64,000 nucleotides of DNA from Pecten maximus (lineage: Eukaryota). The translations under genes and the position numbers were made by a program. The stretch is from NCBI RefSeq assembly GCF_902652985.1, contig NC_047018.1:27590001-27654000 (forward strand). Direction: 5' to 3'. How positions within the stretch are numbered: the first letter of the stretch is position 1; each line of letters begins with the position of its first letter. Below, in pieces: positions 50,001 through 60,710 of the stretch. The notes under the pieces were generated by a model. It saw only the letters and a program-made list of their open reading frames with translations. It had not been told where the DNA came from and did no database searches.

Positions 50001-53000
50001 AAATAACCCAGTAATATAGTGACCATGCAGTTGCCATAGCAACCATAATTTTGAAAAAAAAAGAAAGTGGCATGCACATCTACACATGGTCCTCTATATT
50101 TGTGTGAAGTTTCATTGAAATTGGCCATTTAGTTTAGGAGTTGTCCGGACAAACTTAAAGTTATGGTTCTTATCGGAAAACCTGTTTATAGTGACCAGTT
50201 GCCATAGCAACCATAATTTTGAGAAAAATAAAGTGGCATGCACATCTACACATGGTCCTCTATGTTTGTGTGAAGTTTCATTGAAATCGGCCCTTCGGTT
50301 TAGGAGGAGTTGTCCGGACAAACTTAAAGTTATGGTTCTTATCAGAAAACCTGTTTATAGTGACCAGTTGCCATAGCAACCATAATTTTGAAAGAAAAGA
50401 GAGTGCCATGCACATCTACAAATGGTCCTCTATATTTGTGTGAAGTTTCATCGAAATTGGCCATTTAGTTTAGGAGGAGTTGTCCGGACAAACTTAAAGT
50501 TATGGTTCTTATCGGAAAACCTGTTTATAGTGACCAGTTGCCATAGCAACCATAATTTTGAGAAAAATAAAGTGGCATGCACATCTACACATGATCATTA
50601 ATATTTGTGTGAAGTTTCATCGGAATTGGCCCACCGGTTTAGGAGTTGTCCGGACAAAATATGTCTACAGAGAGACGGACGGACAGACAACCTGATTCCA
50701 GTATACCCCCCCTAACTTCGTTGCGGGGGTATAACAAGGTTTCTTAAATCAAAATGCTACTATGAAAGCACCATTTACTTTCACACTGACAGCCTTCCAA
50801 CTTTCACCTTAGGGATCCGTCAATAACCGAAAGATGGGACAGACAAACACATTGTATACTGAACAAGAGATCCCAGAGGGATCTTGGCGCCCACCATTGA
50901 ATGATCTTTATAGGTTCCATGTCAGATTGATCTTTTCTCTACTTTTCCCTTCCTCTAAGCCTTACTAATCTGTGTAAATTCAGAAACAGCCCTCTAGTAC
51001 TTTTCAAACAAGGGGAACCCATATATAAAATTTAAGATTTAGCAATAATGGTTGTCTGTTGGCCATGTTGTTTTTGGATTGGTCCCAAAATGCAATACCA
51101 GGGACCAAGGGGAACCTACATATAAAATTTGAGAAAGATCCCTTCAGTACCTTCTGTAAAATAGCGATAACAAACTTCAATTGTCAAAATACAAGATGGC
51201 TGCCTGTCGGCCATGTTGTTTTCTGACTGGTCTCAAAATCCAATATGCATAACTAGGGACCGAGGGCAACCTACAAATGAAATTTGAGAAAGATCTCTTC
51301 AGTGTTTTCTAAGAAATAGCGATAACAAACTTCAATTGTCAAAATCCAAGATGGCTGCCTGTCGGCCATGTTGTTTTCCGATCGGTCCCAAAATGCAATA
51401 TGCACAACTTCATTCCAAGGGCAACCTACATATTAAATTTGAGAAAGATACCTTCAGCACTTTCTGAGAAATAGCGATAACAAACTTCAATTGTCAAAAT
51501 CCAAGATGGCTGCCTGTCGGCCATGTTGTTTTCCGATCGGTCCCAAAATGCACTATGCATAACTAGGGACCAAGGGCAACCTACATATGAAATTTGAGAA
51601 AGATCCCTTCAGTTCTTTCTCAGAAATAGCGATAACAAACTTCAATTGTCAAAATCCAAGATGGCTGCCTGTCGGCCATGTTGTTTTCCGATCGGTCCCA
51701 AAATGCAACATGCACAACTTCATACCAAGGGCAACCTACATATGAAATTTGAGAAAGATCCCTTCAGTACTTTCTCAGAAATAGCGATAACAAACTTCAA
51801 TTGTCAAAATCCAAGATGGCTGCCTGTCGGCCATGTTGTTTTCCGATCGGTCCCAAAATGCAATATGCATAACTACAGACCAAGGGAAACCTACATATGA
51901 AATTTGAGAAAGATCCCTTCAGGACTTTCTCAGAAATAGCGATAACAAACTTCAATTGTCAAAATCCAAGATGGCTGCCTGTCGGCCATGTTGTTTTCCG
52001 ATCGGTCCCAAAATGCAATGTGCATAACTACAGACCAAGGGAAACCTACATATGAAATTTGAGAAAGATCCCTTCAGGACTTTCTCAGAAATAGCGATAA
52101 CAAACTTCAATTGTCAAAATCCAAGATGGCTGCCTGACGGCCATGTTGTTTTCCGATCGGTCCCAAAATGCAATGTGCATAACTACAGACCAAGGGAAAC
52201 CTACATATGAAATTTGAGAAAGATCCCTTCAGGACTTTCTCAGAAATAGCGATAACAAACTTCAATTGTCAAAATCCAAGATGGCTGCCTGTCGGCCATT
52301 TTGTTTTCCGATCGGTCCCAAAATACACTATGCATAACTAGGGACCAAGGGCAACCTACATATGAAATTTGAGAAAGATCCCTTCAGTACTTTCTCAGAA
52401 ATAGCGATAACAAGAATTGTTTACGGACGGAGGGACGGACGGAGGGACGGACGGACGGACGACGGACCACGGACGCAGGGCGATTTGAATAGCCCACCAT
52501 CTGATGATGGTGGGCTAATAAAAAGGGCAATAACTCATTCAAAATCATCAAATCAAAATTAAAATAAAGTTAACTTTAAAACTGGCAGATGTGATACCAT
52601 AACCCTATTATAAAAGTGTCTCACCATATTTAATCAAAATGCAACAACACTTTTTAAAATCAAAATATTTTTTCAAGACAAGATTGTTTGTAGTCAGATG
52701 AAAGACCATGGAGTTAAGGCTAAAACTATTTTATCATAAATTTCCATCTCTGGAAAAATAAACTGCCAGAGAACCAAGTAATTAATTTCTTGGGCATGGT
52801 GAGATTTATTAGCCAACCATCTGATGATGGTCAGTAAAAAGATCTGGTGATGGTGGATGAAGAAGTTTTCTTTCTTTTCAATGTAGCACAGAAAGTACCA
52901 TACAATACTCACAGCTAAGGAATGAGACAGATGTGCACGGTAGTGGGTCAGAAGGATAGATATCATGTCTTCCCGTGGTACATACGCAAATCCTTCACTC

Positions 53001-56000
53001 AGAAACACTTTTCTTTTGCTGATCAAATCAAGCACCTCCACAAATGGAACCTGAAGACAAGAAATTACTGTTGTATCTTATGATCTAACTTTTGTTTGGA
53101 CATAAATCCAGAATTTTTTCATAATCATATGCACCTTGAAATATTCTTGTTTTAACTGAATGCATAAATATGAAATACTGTACTTCTGTGATGCTTTTCT
53201 GTATTATTAAGTATGCGCTAAGGAATTTTCCTACAATTTTTCAACTGGGTCCAGAGTCCACTGAATTGGGAAATTCTACGCGACAAAATGTGACATCAGG
53301 AAAAACAAAAACGTGAAATTCATACAAATTTCAGTTTTTCTTTGATGAATATTGCCTTTATATTATTTTTAATTTCATTTGGACATCTAGATCTATAGTG
53401 GGTTTTTTTATTTTTCAAAGGTACCTTAGTAAAGGTCTTTGTAGATAAAACTAATTTAATCATTCAAAAGTGACTTCCAAATTGGGAATTTTTCAGTGGC
53501 AAATTGGGAATTTTCACAAGATTTTTTTTAGGGGTCCTATCGTAAAAGAATACCTGGTACGATCAATATTCCAGTGTATTTGTCTGATATATATACTTAT
53601 CAATACACACCTTGAAATACTCCTGTGTCTGACTAGTATTTATACCTATGTATTAATACACACCTTGAAACACTCCTGTGTGTGACTAGTATTTATACCT
53701 TTGTATTAATACACACCTTGAAATACTCCTGTGTCTGACTGGTATTTATACCTATGTATTAATACACACCTTGAAATACTCCTGTGTCTGACTAGTATTT
53801 ATACCTATGTATTAATACACACCTTGAAATACTCCTGTGTGACTAGTATTTATACCTATGTATTAATACACACCTTGAAATACTCCTGTGTCTGACTAGT
53901 ATTTATACCTATGTATTAATACACACCTTGAAATACTCCTGTGTGTGACTGGTATTTATACATATGTATTAATACACACCTTGAAATACTCCTGTGTGTG
54001 ACTGGTATTTATACCTATGTATTAATACACACCTTGAAATACTCTTGTTTCTGACTAGTATTTATACCTATGTATTAATACACACCTTGAAATACTCCTG
54101 TGTGTGACTAGTATTTATACCTATGTATTAATACACACCTTGAAATACTCCTGTGTGACTAGTATTTATACCTATGTATTAATACACACCTTGAAATACT
54201 CCTGTGTCTGACTAGTATTTATACCTATGTATTAATACACACCTTGAAATACTCCTGTGTGTGACTGGTATTTATACCTATGTATTAATACACACCTTGA
54301 AATACTCCTGTGTGTGACTGGTATTTATACCTATGTATTAATACACACCTTGAAATACTCCTGTGTGTGACTGGTATTTATACCTATGTATTAATACACA
54401 CCTTGAAACACTCCTGTGACTGACTAGTATTTATACCTATGTATTAATACACACCTTGAAACACTCCTGTGTGTGACTGGTATTTATACCTATGTATTAA
54501 TACACACCTTGAAATACTCCTGTGTGTGTGCCTGTGATGAATTCCTTCCAGCTGCTGCTATCAACTCTGGGGTGATGTCCCTTTTTTCATCCTCAGAAAT
54601 CTGTATTTGAAGAAAAAACACACTTGTTGTGTTAACAAAACCATGTTGCCCTTATTAGACAATTTGATGCACCCTTCAGGTTAGCATTTAATATGCATGT
54701 GAATAACTTTTGCATATTGGATATAATTCCTGACATTTCTATGACTTCAATCCATCACCTTCATCAGACAAATGACAATTGATGCATATGTACACCAACA
54801 TGTTAAGTATACTAGATTATGAAGTCTTTTAATCTTCTCTATAATCTTATGTACAGCGAGGTTGTAAATCTGATGTACAGCGAGGTTGTAAATCTGATGT
54901 ACAGCGAGATGGTAAATCTTATGTACAGCGAGATGGTAAATCTTATGTACAGCGAGGTGGTAAATCTTATGTACAGTGAGGTGGTAAATCTTATGTACAG
55001 TGAGATGGTAAATCTTATGTACAGTGAGATGGTAAATCTTATGTACAGTGAGATGGTAAATCTTATGTACAGCGAGGTTGTAAATCTTATGGTCAGTGAG
55101 ATGGTAAATCTTATGTACAGTGAGGTGGTAAATCTTATGTACAGTGAGATGGTAAATCTTATGGTCAGTGAGATGGAAAATCTTATGTACAGTGAGGAGG
55201 TAAATCTTATGTACAGCGAGGTGGTAAATCTTATGTACAGTGAGATGGTAAATCTTATGTACAGTGAGGTTGTAAATCTTATGTACAGCGAGATGGTAAA
55301 TCTTATGTTCAGCGAGATGGTAAATCTTATGTACAGCGAGATGGTAAATCTTATGTACAGCGAGATGGTAAATCTTATGTACAGTGAGATGGTAAATCTT
55401 ATGTACAGCGAGGTTGTAAATCTTATGTACAGTGAGGTGGTAAATCTTATGTACAGTGAGATGGTAAATCTTATGTACAGTGAGATGGTAAATCTTATGT
55501 ACAGTGAGGTGGCAAATCTTATGTACAGTGAGGTGGTAAATCTTATGTACAGTGAGGTTGTAAATCTTATGTACAGCAAGGTTGTAAATCTTATGTACAG
55601 CGAGGTGGTAAATCTTATGTACAGCGAGGTTGTAAATCTTATGTACAGCAAGGTGGTAAATCTTATGTACAGTGAGATGGTAAATCTTATGTACAGCGAG
55701 GTGGCAAATCTTATGTACAGTGAGGTGGTAAATCTTATGTACAGTGAGGTGGCAAATCTTATGTACAGCGAGATGGTAAATCTTATGTACAGCGAGGTGG
55801 TAAATCTTATGTACAGCGAGGTGGTAAATCTTATGTACAGCGAGGTTGTAAATCTTATGTACAGCGAGGTGGTAAATCTTATGTTCAGTGAGATGGTAAA
55901 TCTTATGTACAGCGAGTAGGTAAATATTGTATAAATCTGTTTGGTTACCTTTGTTTAAAATCTGATAATAGATGTGTAAGTGTCTAAGGACTCGTTTGTC

Positions 56001-59000
56001 CTGATCAAGAACCAAAACCACTAACAAAATTACAATCTATCATTCCTAAGAGTGCGTAATTTGCTTTCCCAATTATATGATAAAAGTGACAATGTTAAGG
56101 GATACATGTAAGAAGGCATACTGGACTGTAGTTGAGGTTATTTTCTTGGAGGAACTCTTGTCTGCTTTCTGGGGTTTCCCTCTGGAACCTCAGTCTCAGC
56201 AACTCCAACTCTTGCTGCAAAAACCATCTCCTTAACTCCTCCCTGAAATTTTTTTTTTTTGTGAAATACAAGATTATGATCTTTACAAATGTTAACATTT
56301 CATGATTTAGCTAGCTTCTGACATAACTTTTCCTTGTGCTTGTTAAAAATTGCATCATGCAAGAACACTCTGCTAACACTTATTAATCAATAAAACATAC
56401 TGTCATAAGAGTTCTTCGGGATCTGTTGTTACTATCAATCTACAATGTCGGGTAACTTTGACTGACTGCCAGAACACTTATTGTTTTCTTTGAATTGTCA
56501 TGCACAGATTTCTATTTTAGAGAATATGGACACAAATTTTGATGCCATATTTGTGTCCCGGTCATATTCATGGTGGGAAGACATTCTTTTCTATTTGAAC
56601 AGGCTGTTCTTTTTTGTTTGCATGTCAACATGAGTCGCCCAAATACCAAGAGTCCTCGGACTAGATCTGATCATGAGTCACCTGGACACCCACCAAGTCC
56701 TACGGCAATTTCTGATCATGAGTCGCCCACACACCCATCAAGTCCTAGTACTGATCATGAGTCACCCGGACACCCACCAAGTCCTATGGCAATTTCTGAT
56801 CATGAGTCGCCCACACACCCATCAAGTCCGAGTACTGATCATGAGTCGCCCAGACACCCATCGAGTCCTTGGACAAGTTCTGATCATGAGTCACCCAGAC
56901 ACCCACCAAGTCCTATGGCAATTTCTGATCATGAGTCGCCCACACACCCATCAAGTCCGAGTACTGATCATGAGTCACCCGCACACCCATCGAGTCCTAA
57001 GACTAGTTCTGATGATGAGTCATCCGAACACCCGAGTCATACTACTTATTCTACTTACGATCTACAATATGCCAATCTTAAAATGAAGTGTGAAATGTGG
57101 TCGAGCCTTCGCAGGAATTCATCCTCTCTTCTGTCAGTCTGAAACAGATTTATTCATTATAATTATCTTCAACACAAACTATGGTTAATGATAAATAAAA
57201 TGTTATTAATTTGATTGCTAAATTTAGTTGAAACCCTGAAAGATGCCTATACATTGACAAAAATTAGGTATGATCGATTGAAAACAGGAATGGTGGTCAA
57301 TTTATATTTTGATACATTACAAAAAGTTACATACTTTAATAATTATTTTGATTGAAATGGTATCAACAATGATCCAAATATGTTCGCCTTTTGAACGTTG
57401 TTTCACTTGGAAATAGGTCAAGGCTATTCCAGTTAAAAATGTCACCCACTAGCGGAAGTTCGTGAAAAAAAATCTTCTGTTCCAAGATGGAGTTTTAAAA
57501 AAAATCACTTCTGTACCAGGTCACAAAATGGAAAATAAAATGCTTCTGTACCGGGTGGCAATTAAACTGAAAATAAATAAAAACTTCCGTGTCTTAATTT
57601 TGAGAAATAAATCGTTCCATGTTTTTTTTCTCTATCAAAGTTATCGGATAAGCTAGGCTACCCTATCGACGGATCGTCCACAGTTTTTTGTTGTTTGTTC
57701 CTTTGCAGTGTAAAGGAGGCAACTCTAAATCTCGAACAACAAGATGTTAGAAGAGAGTTTGATTACTTCCAAAATGGCGTCGAATTATGATGCCTAGTGC
57801 ACATGGTCGGTGGCCGATGTGGCATCATGGCTATACAGAATCATCTAGCCAGTGCCACAACCGAAATCTGACAATAAAAATTGCTTCTGTAGGTGGTTTC
57901 ATCGACTTAAAAAAAAAAAAAAAAAATCTATGGGTGGTACCCTAAATGAAGAAAACACTTCTATTCCAAATGGCGATCAGAAAGAAATCACTTCTGTTGG
58001 TACCCCTTTTCAAAAAGGGAAGTCCGCTAGTGGATTACATTTTTAACTGGAATGGTCCAAATTGACGCATGTGCTAAGATTCTTAAATACAGCTGTTTTC
58101 TGTCACTACCAAATACAGCAGAAATATATATGGTGGGTGTATTCTGACAATGCGGCGCCATTTGGAGGATAAATATGTACATATGTGCATGATAAAGCCC
58201 TTAGTGATACATTTTGTGAAAAACCTTAAAAAAATTCAAATTGAATGTATCTTAGTAAATCTTACCAGGACAAAATTTAGGTTTTAGGGGAAGTCTGAGC
58301 TAAGGTATGTTGAGGAGATAGCCAAGTGAATTTTTTTATGAAAAAAGATGCAAAATCGCACATTCTGATAGCATTTGGAGGCATTATTTGCATTACACAA
58401 TTAGCATAAAAATATTGAATTTCAAAGGATAATACTGTATTTTACTGGGTATAAAACCCAGGGGGCTAGTACACTGAAAATGGGCAAAAGTGGGGCGTGG
58501 GCTTATCCCTATGCAAGAAGGGAAAAAAAAACGGCTGTCATCTTGGATTATATTACGAAAGAAGATTAAGAGAAAATTCTGATAAGTGATATTGAAAAAT
58601 AATTAGTAAAGGAAGGAGAATTTTTAAGTCTGAAAAGGGTAATTTTGGTCCATTTTTGTGGTAGTTGAAAGTACCCATAAACAGCAGCTAAATGAACCTG
58701 GATTAGTCCCTGCTTACCCTTAGAATAGGACCAAACTTGGTTTTCTTTATTTCTTTTTCCACCAACTCTGTATATTTTTCACTCCCTCGAATATGACGTA
58801 CACCTGCTGTATCCAAAGCTTTTAAAACTAAAACAAAGTAAACAAACAGATGTTGTCAATATTCTGTTAGCACTGCGCAGTATATAAGTCAGATAACAAA
58901 GCTGATTATCTCAGGACTCCACAGATAATGGCAGTCTCAAGCTCAGTAATTCATATAGCTGCATTATTACTCCAAGTTGTCACACTCAAAAGTTGTTTAT

Positions 59001-60510
59001 GATTGATTCAATTTGAATTCTTACAGTGATTATATTTTGGAAGCCAGTTGATTTCTATTATGCATATATTAACTACCCAAAATACCTGGTGTGGCAGGTT
59101 TTAAGTAAATGGTGTACGCATATATATATATATATACCGTATATACAATATTGATACAGTCGCCCTTCTAGATTCAGACTTGCAACCCAAGGGCCAAGGA
59201 TTAAACTCTGGTGGAAACACACTGCTACTTGCTTTCCTGTTACATTTGGTGAAGTTGACCAATCCAAGGTCATTTTCATTTATCGTGGTCCAAACGGTTG
59301 GACCACCAGACGTGTAGCTGGGTCAGCTCTTCATCGAGTTATAACAGCAAATGAAATATTACATTCAAAAATAGGTGAACCAATTTGTTGAATATATGAA
59401 CATGCAGGACATTCAGTAGACCATTGAGAGTGCATTTTTGACTTTTCAAAATCAGATTTGACTCTAGAGTTTGAAGGAGCATGTCTATTTGACATAATGT
59501 TTTGGAAAAGGTTATTTGACTTCTGAAATTGCTAAAAGTCAAGGGTCAACTGGATGCCCTGAACAGGTGTACTTGGGGGCGTACACATCTGAAAAGGGAG
59601 CGCCGACCACATAACCTCAGGTGAAGATCAGAGGTGTGTGGTTTGACACACCCTACCCATGTCAGCTTGTGTTTCTTGGGAAGCTGGGAAACAGGCCAGT
59701 CTTTGGTCTCTTGGTAGTGTCCTAGCTTGGGAAAAACACTCTAACCCTAACCAGATTGCATGTGATGGGCCTCCCCTATGTTCTTAGCGAGATAGTTGAT
59801 CACCATTACTACATGGAGATCCAGCTGCTAATAAACCAAATTAAAAAGTAAACAAACATTTGAAAAGGGAGCAGTAACATGGCAGGATATAACAGTGAGC
59901 AGTGTATATGGTTGGCTGCAGATCCTAGCTAGCTTCATGCTAGCAGGACTTTCCCCATTAGCTCAAGATCATGATCAATAGGCAGAGTGGCAGACTGGCA
60001 AGCTGAGGGTCACTGGTTCGATCCTTTGTGGAGGCATACTATTCACTTCTCTGTCTCAGGTTAATTAGGAGACGTGGTCTGCATGGTTGTTCTTTTTTTC
60101 CCCTAGGTGCGCAACTAAAACTAACTTATATGCTAGGGAAACCATGCTAGGAAGGGCGGCCCGGGCCAAACCATTTCTTTATAATCCCCACGTGAAATAG
60201 TTATCTATAGGCCCTATACACTATGCTCGGGTGATCTTTCATTATCACACTCTGTCAAATAGGTTTTACCCATTATGCATTGCTCATATCAAAGTTAAAA
60301 TTTGTGATCATTATCTAATGGTTGTCAACTTGTCATATTCATATTAGATGAGTAACCTTTCAATCTCTCCACTGCGTATTCTTCAAACTCCTGCAAAGAA
60401 ATCGTATCTGTCGGTGGTGTGTGAAAAAACTGAAGTGGGTGAGTGTATTTCTGTTCAAGCTTTACACCCTTTTTCGTCCGTTTGGATCGGCTCTTTTCTT
60501 GGATTTCCAT
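46859..60510 (-). CDS. PRIM2: DNA primase large subunit (p58), 12 coding exons, ~519 aa after correcting a 1-nt indel in exon 11
   Basis: Hallmark motifs [96 protein letters not shown]; all introns GT-AG with compatible phases. Confidence 0.97.
47474..47634 (-). CDS. PRIM2: PRIM2 exon 11 ([14 protein letters not shown]...[21 protein letters not shown]), 161 nt including one extra base
   Basis: ATACAG / GTCAGT; conserved motifs lie in two frames, switching within AAAGGG at 47614-47619. Confidence 0.88.
47887..47969 (-). CDS. PRIM2: PRIM2 exon 10 ([28 protein letters not shown]), 83 nt
   Basis: GCPF Fe-S ligand; TCACAG / GTAAGG. Confidence 0.95.
48686..48812 (-). CDS. PRIM2: PRIM2 exon 9 ([42 protein letters not shown]), 127 nt
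   Basis: Highly conserved p58C motif; TTTCAG / GTAGGA. Confidence 0.96.
49034..49216 (-). CDS. PRIM2: PRIM2 exon 8 ([10 protein letters not shown]...LIDGDK), 183 nt
   Basis: First Fe-S ligand Cys and HLRHGGR motif; CCTTCAG / GTAAAT. Confidence 0.96.
49609..49752 (-). CDS. PRIM2: PRIM2 exon 7 ([17 protein letters not shown]...ADMVEM), 144 nt
   Basis: Conserved LP....DDRL.P; AAG acceptor, GTAAGT donor. Confidence 0.9.
49911..50735 (+). mobile_element. HINE/pearl-like element carrying ~3.7 copies of a ~169-bp internal tandem repeat (PRIM2 intron 6)
   Basis: Sub-TIR ATACCCCCGC near the 5' end, GACGGACGGACAGACA microsatellite, 3' hairpin TATACCCCCC..GCGGGGGTATA. Confidence 0.8.
50862..52520 (+). 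mobile_element. HINE/pearl-like element carrying ~9 copies of a 155-bp internal tandem repeat (PRIM2 intron 6)
   Basis: 5' hairpin AGATCCCAGAGGGATCT plus sub-TIR GCCCACCA; TTCAATTGTC at 51331/51486/51641; (GGAC)n; 3' hairpin AGCCCACCATC-TGAT-GATGGTGGGCT. Confidence 0.85.
52913..53050 (-). CDS. PRIM2: PRIM2 exon 6 ([25 protein letters not shown]...SHSLA), 138 nt
   Basis: Conserved RKVFL..GFAYVP; TCTTCAG / GTGAGT. Confidence 0.95.
53602..54528. repeat. 53-bp minisatellite, 18 copies, each containing the end of PRIM2 exon 5 and its splice donor
   Basis: CACCTTGAAA at 53608, 53661, 53714 ... 54452, 54505; the last copy is the real exon/intron junction. Confidence 0.95.
54508..54600 (-). CDS. 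PRIM2: PRIM2 exon 5 ([31 protein letters not shown]), 93 nt
   Basis: ATACAG acceptor, AAG|GTGTGT donor; joins in frame to VPF of exon 6. Confidence 0.9.
54843..55925. repeat. 24-bp minisatellite (GTACAG(C/T)GAG(A/G)TGGTAAATCTTAT), ~45 copies, PRIM2 intron 4
   Basis: Visible units; source of the (NLMYSEMV)n and (HKIYHLTV)n ORFs. Confidence 0.97.
56122..56242 (-). CDS. PRIM2: PRIM2 exon 4 ([19 protein letters not shown]...NYSP), 121 nt
   Basis: Conserved LRRWF..QE; TTTCAG / GTATGC. Confidence 0.95.
56629..57040. repeat. Composite 45/39-bp minisatellite (CTGATCATGAGTC(A/G)CCC..ACACCCA(C/T)CAAGTCC..), ~9 units, PRIM2 intron 3
   Basis: Interspersed 45- and 39-bp units ending ~18 nt from the exon 3 donor. 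Confidence 0.9.
57059..57138 (-). CDS. PRIM2: PRIM2 exon 3 ([27 protein letters not shown]), 80 nt
   Basis: Conserved [13 protein letters not shown]; TGTTTCAG / GTAAGT. Confidence 0.95.
57422..58057. mobile_element. Non-autonomous TIR DNA element (MITE), PRIM2 intron 2
   Basis: GGCTATTCCAGTTAAAAATGT ... ACATTTTTAACTGGAATGGTC; sub-terminal CCACTAGCGGA / TCCGCTAGTGG also inverted; TSD not resolved. Confidence 0.8.
58266..58712. mobile_element. Decayed CAGG-terminated TIR element with 5-bp TSD CTTAC
   Basis: Left CAGGACAAAATTTAGG versus reverse complement of right end CAGGGACTAATCCAGG; CTTAC at 58261-58265 and 58713-58717. Confidence 0.6.
58718..58827 (-). CDS. PRIM2: PRIM2 exon 2 ([37 protein letters not shown]), 110 nt
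   Basis: TTTGTTTTAG acceptor, AGG|GTAAGC donor, phase-compatible. Confidence 0.9.
59090..60058 (+). mobile_element. Decayed tRNA-LTR TRIM-like element or tRNA-derived repeat, PRIM2 intron 1
   Basis: tRNA-like segment TTAGCTCAA...GGTTCGATCC..GGAGGCA (59958-60036) preceded by purine tract GAAAAGGGAG; upstream related segment ends CCTGTTACA (59244) followed by TTTGGTG. Confidence 0.5.
60357..60510 (-). CDS. PRIM2: PRIM2 coding exon 1 (MEIQEK...EYAVERLK), 154 nt
   Basis: [30 protein letters not shown] matches the p58 N-terminus; donor AAAG|GTTACT. Confidence 0.92.
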
Positions 60511-60650
60511 CGCAAGTTTTTTCTCCTTCCCGCCAACAAATGAACACAGAAGATCGCAGTCGCCCAAACGTTTTAAACGGCGGCGTCTGTTGTGCGACCA
60601 ACTCAAGCTTCTCTGCACCATGATTAACTTCACGAATAAAAACAAAAAAG
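60511..60650. promoter_or_regulatory. Compact bidirectional promoter region between PRIM2 and the divergent gene
   Basis: Only 140 nt separate the two ATGs; CpG-rich relative to flanks; YY1-type AAGATGGCG overlaps the + strand ATG. Confidence 0.65.
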
Positions 60651-60710
60651 ATGGCGATTCCTAGTTCGGTTCTCGCTGCAGGATGGATACCATTTGTCGT
60701 TATCATTGTG
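60651..60710 (+). CDS. LMBRD1: Probable first coding exon of lysosomal cobalamin transport escort protein LMBD1 (MAIPSSVLAAGWIPFVVIIV)
   Basis: Strong start context AAGATGG, 20 codons, phase-0 donor GTG|GTATGT; the GW-x-x-F-hydrophobic start of TM1 resembles the LMBRD1 N-terminus (recalled, not searched). Exon 2 was not found in the window. Confidence 0.65.

Noticed and set aside
54747-56027. ORFs of 270-426 aa
   Set aside because: Translations of the 24-bp minisatellite inside PRIM2 intron 4.
56570-57142. 190-aa DHESP-repeat ORF on the + strand
   Set aside because: Minisatellite with units divisible by 3, antisense to PRIM2 intron 3/exon 3; no independent gene signals.
59741-59752. CTAACCCTAACC telomere-like motif
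   Set aside because: Only two units; expected by chance.
60511-60645. N-terminal extension of PRIM2 suggested by the 106-aa ORF
   Set aside because: Similarity to p58 begins at the ATG at 60510; the extension lies in the promoter gap and reaches the divergent gene.
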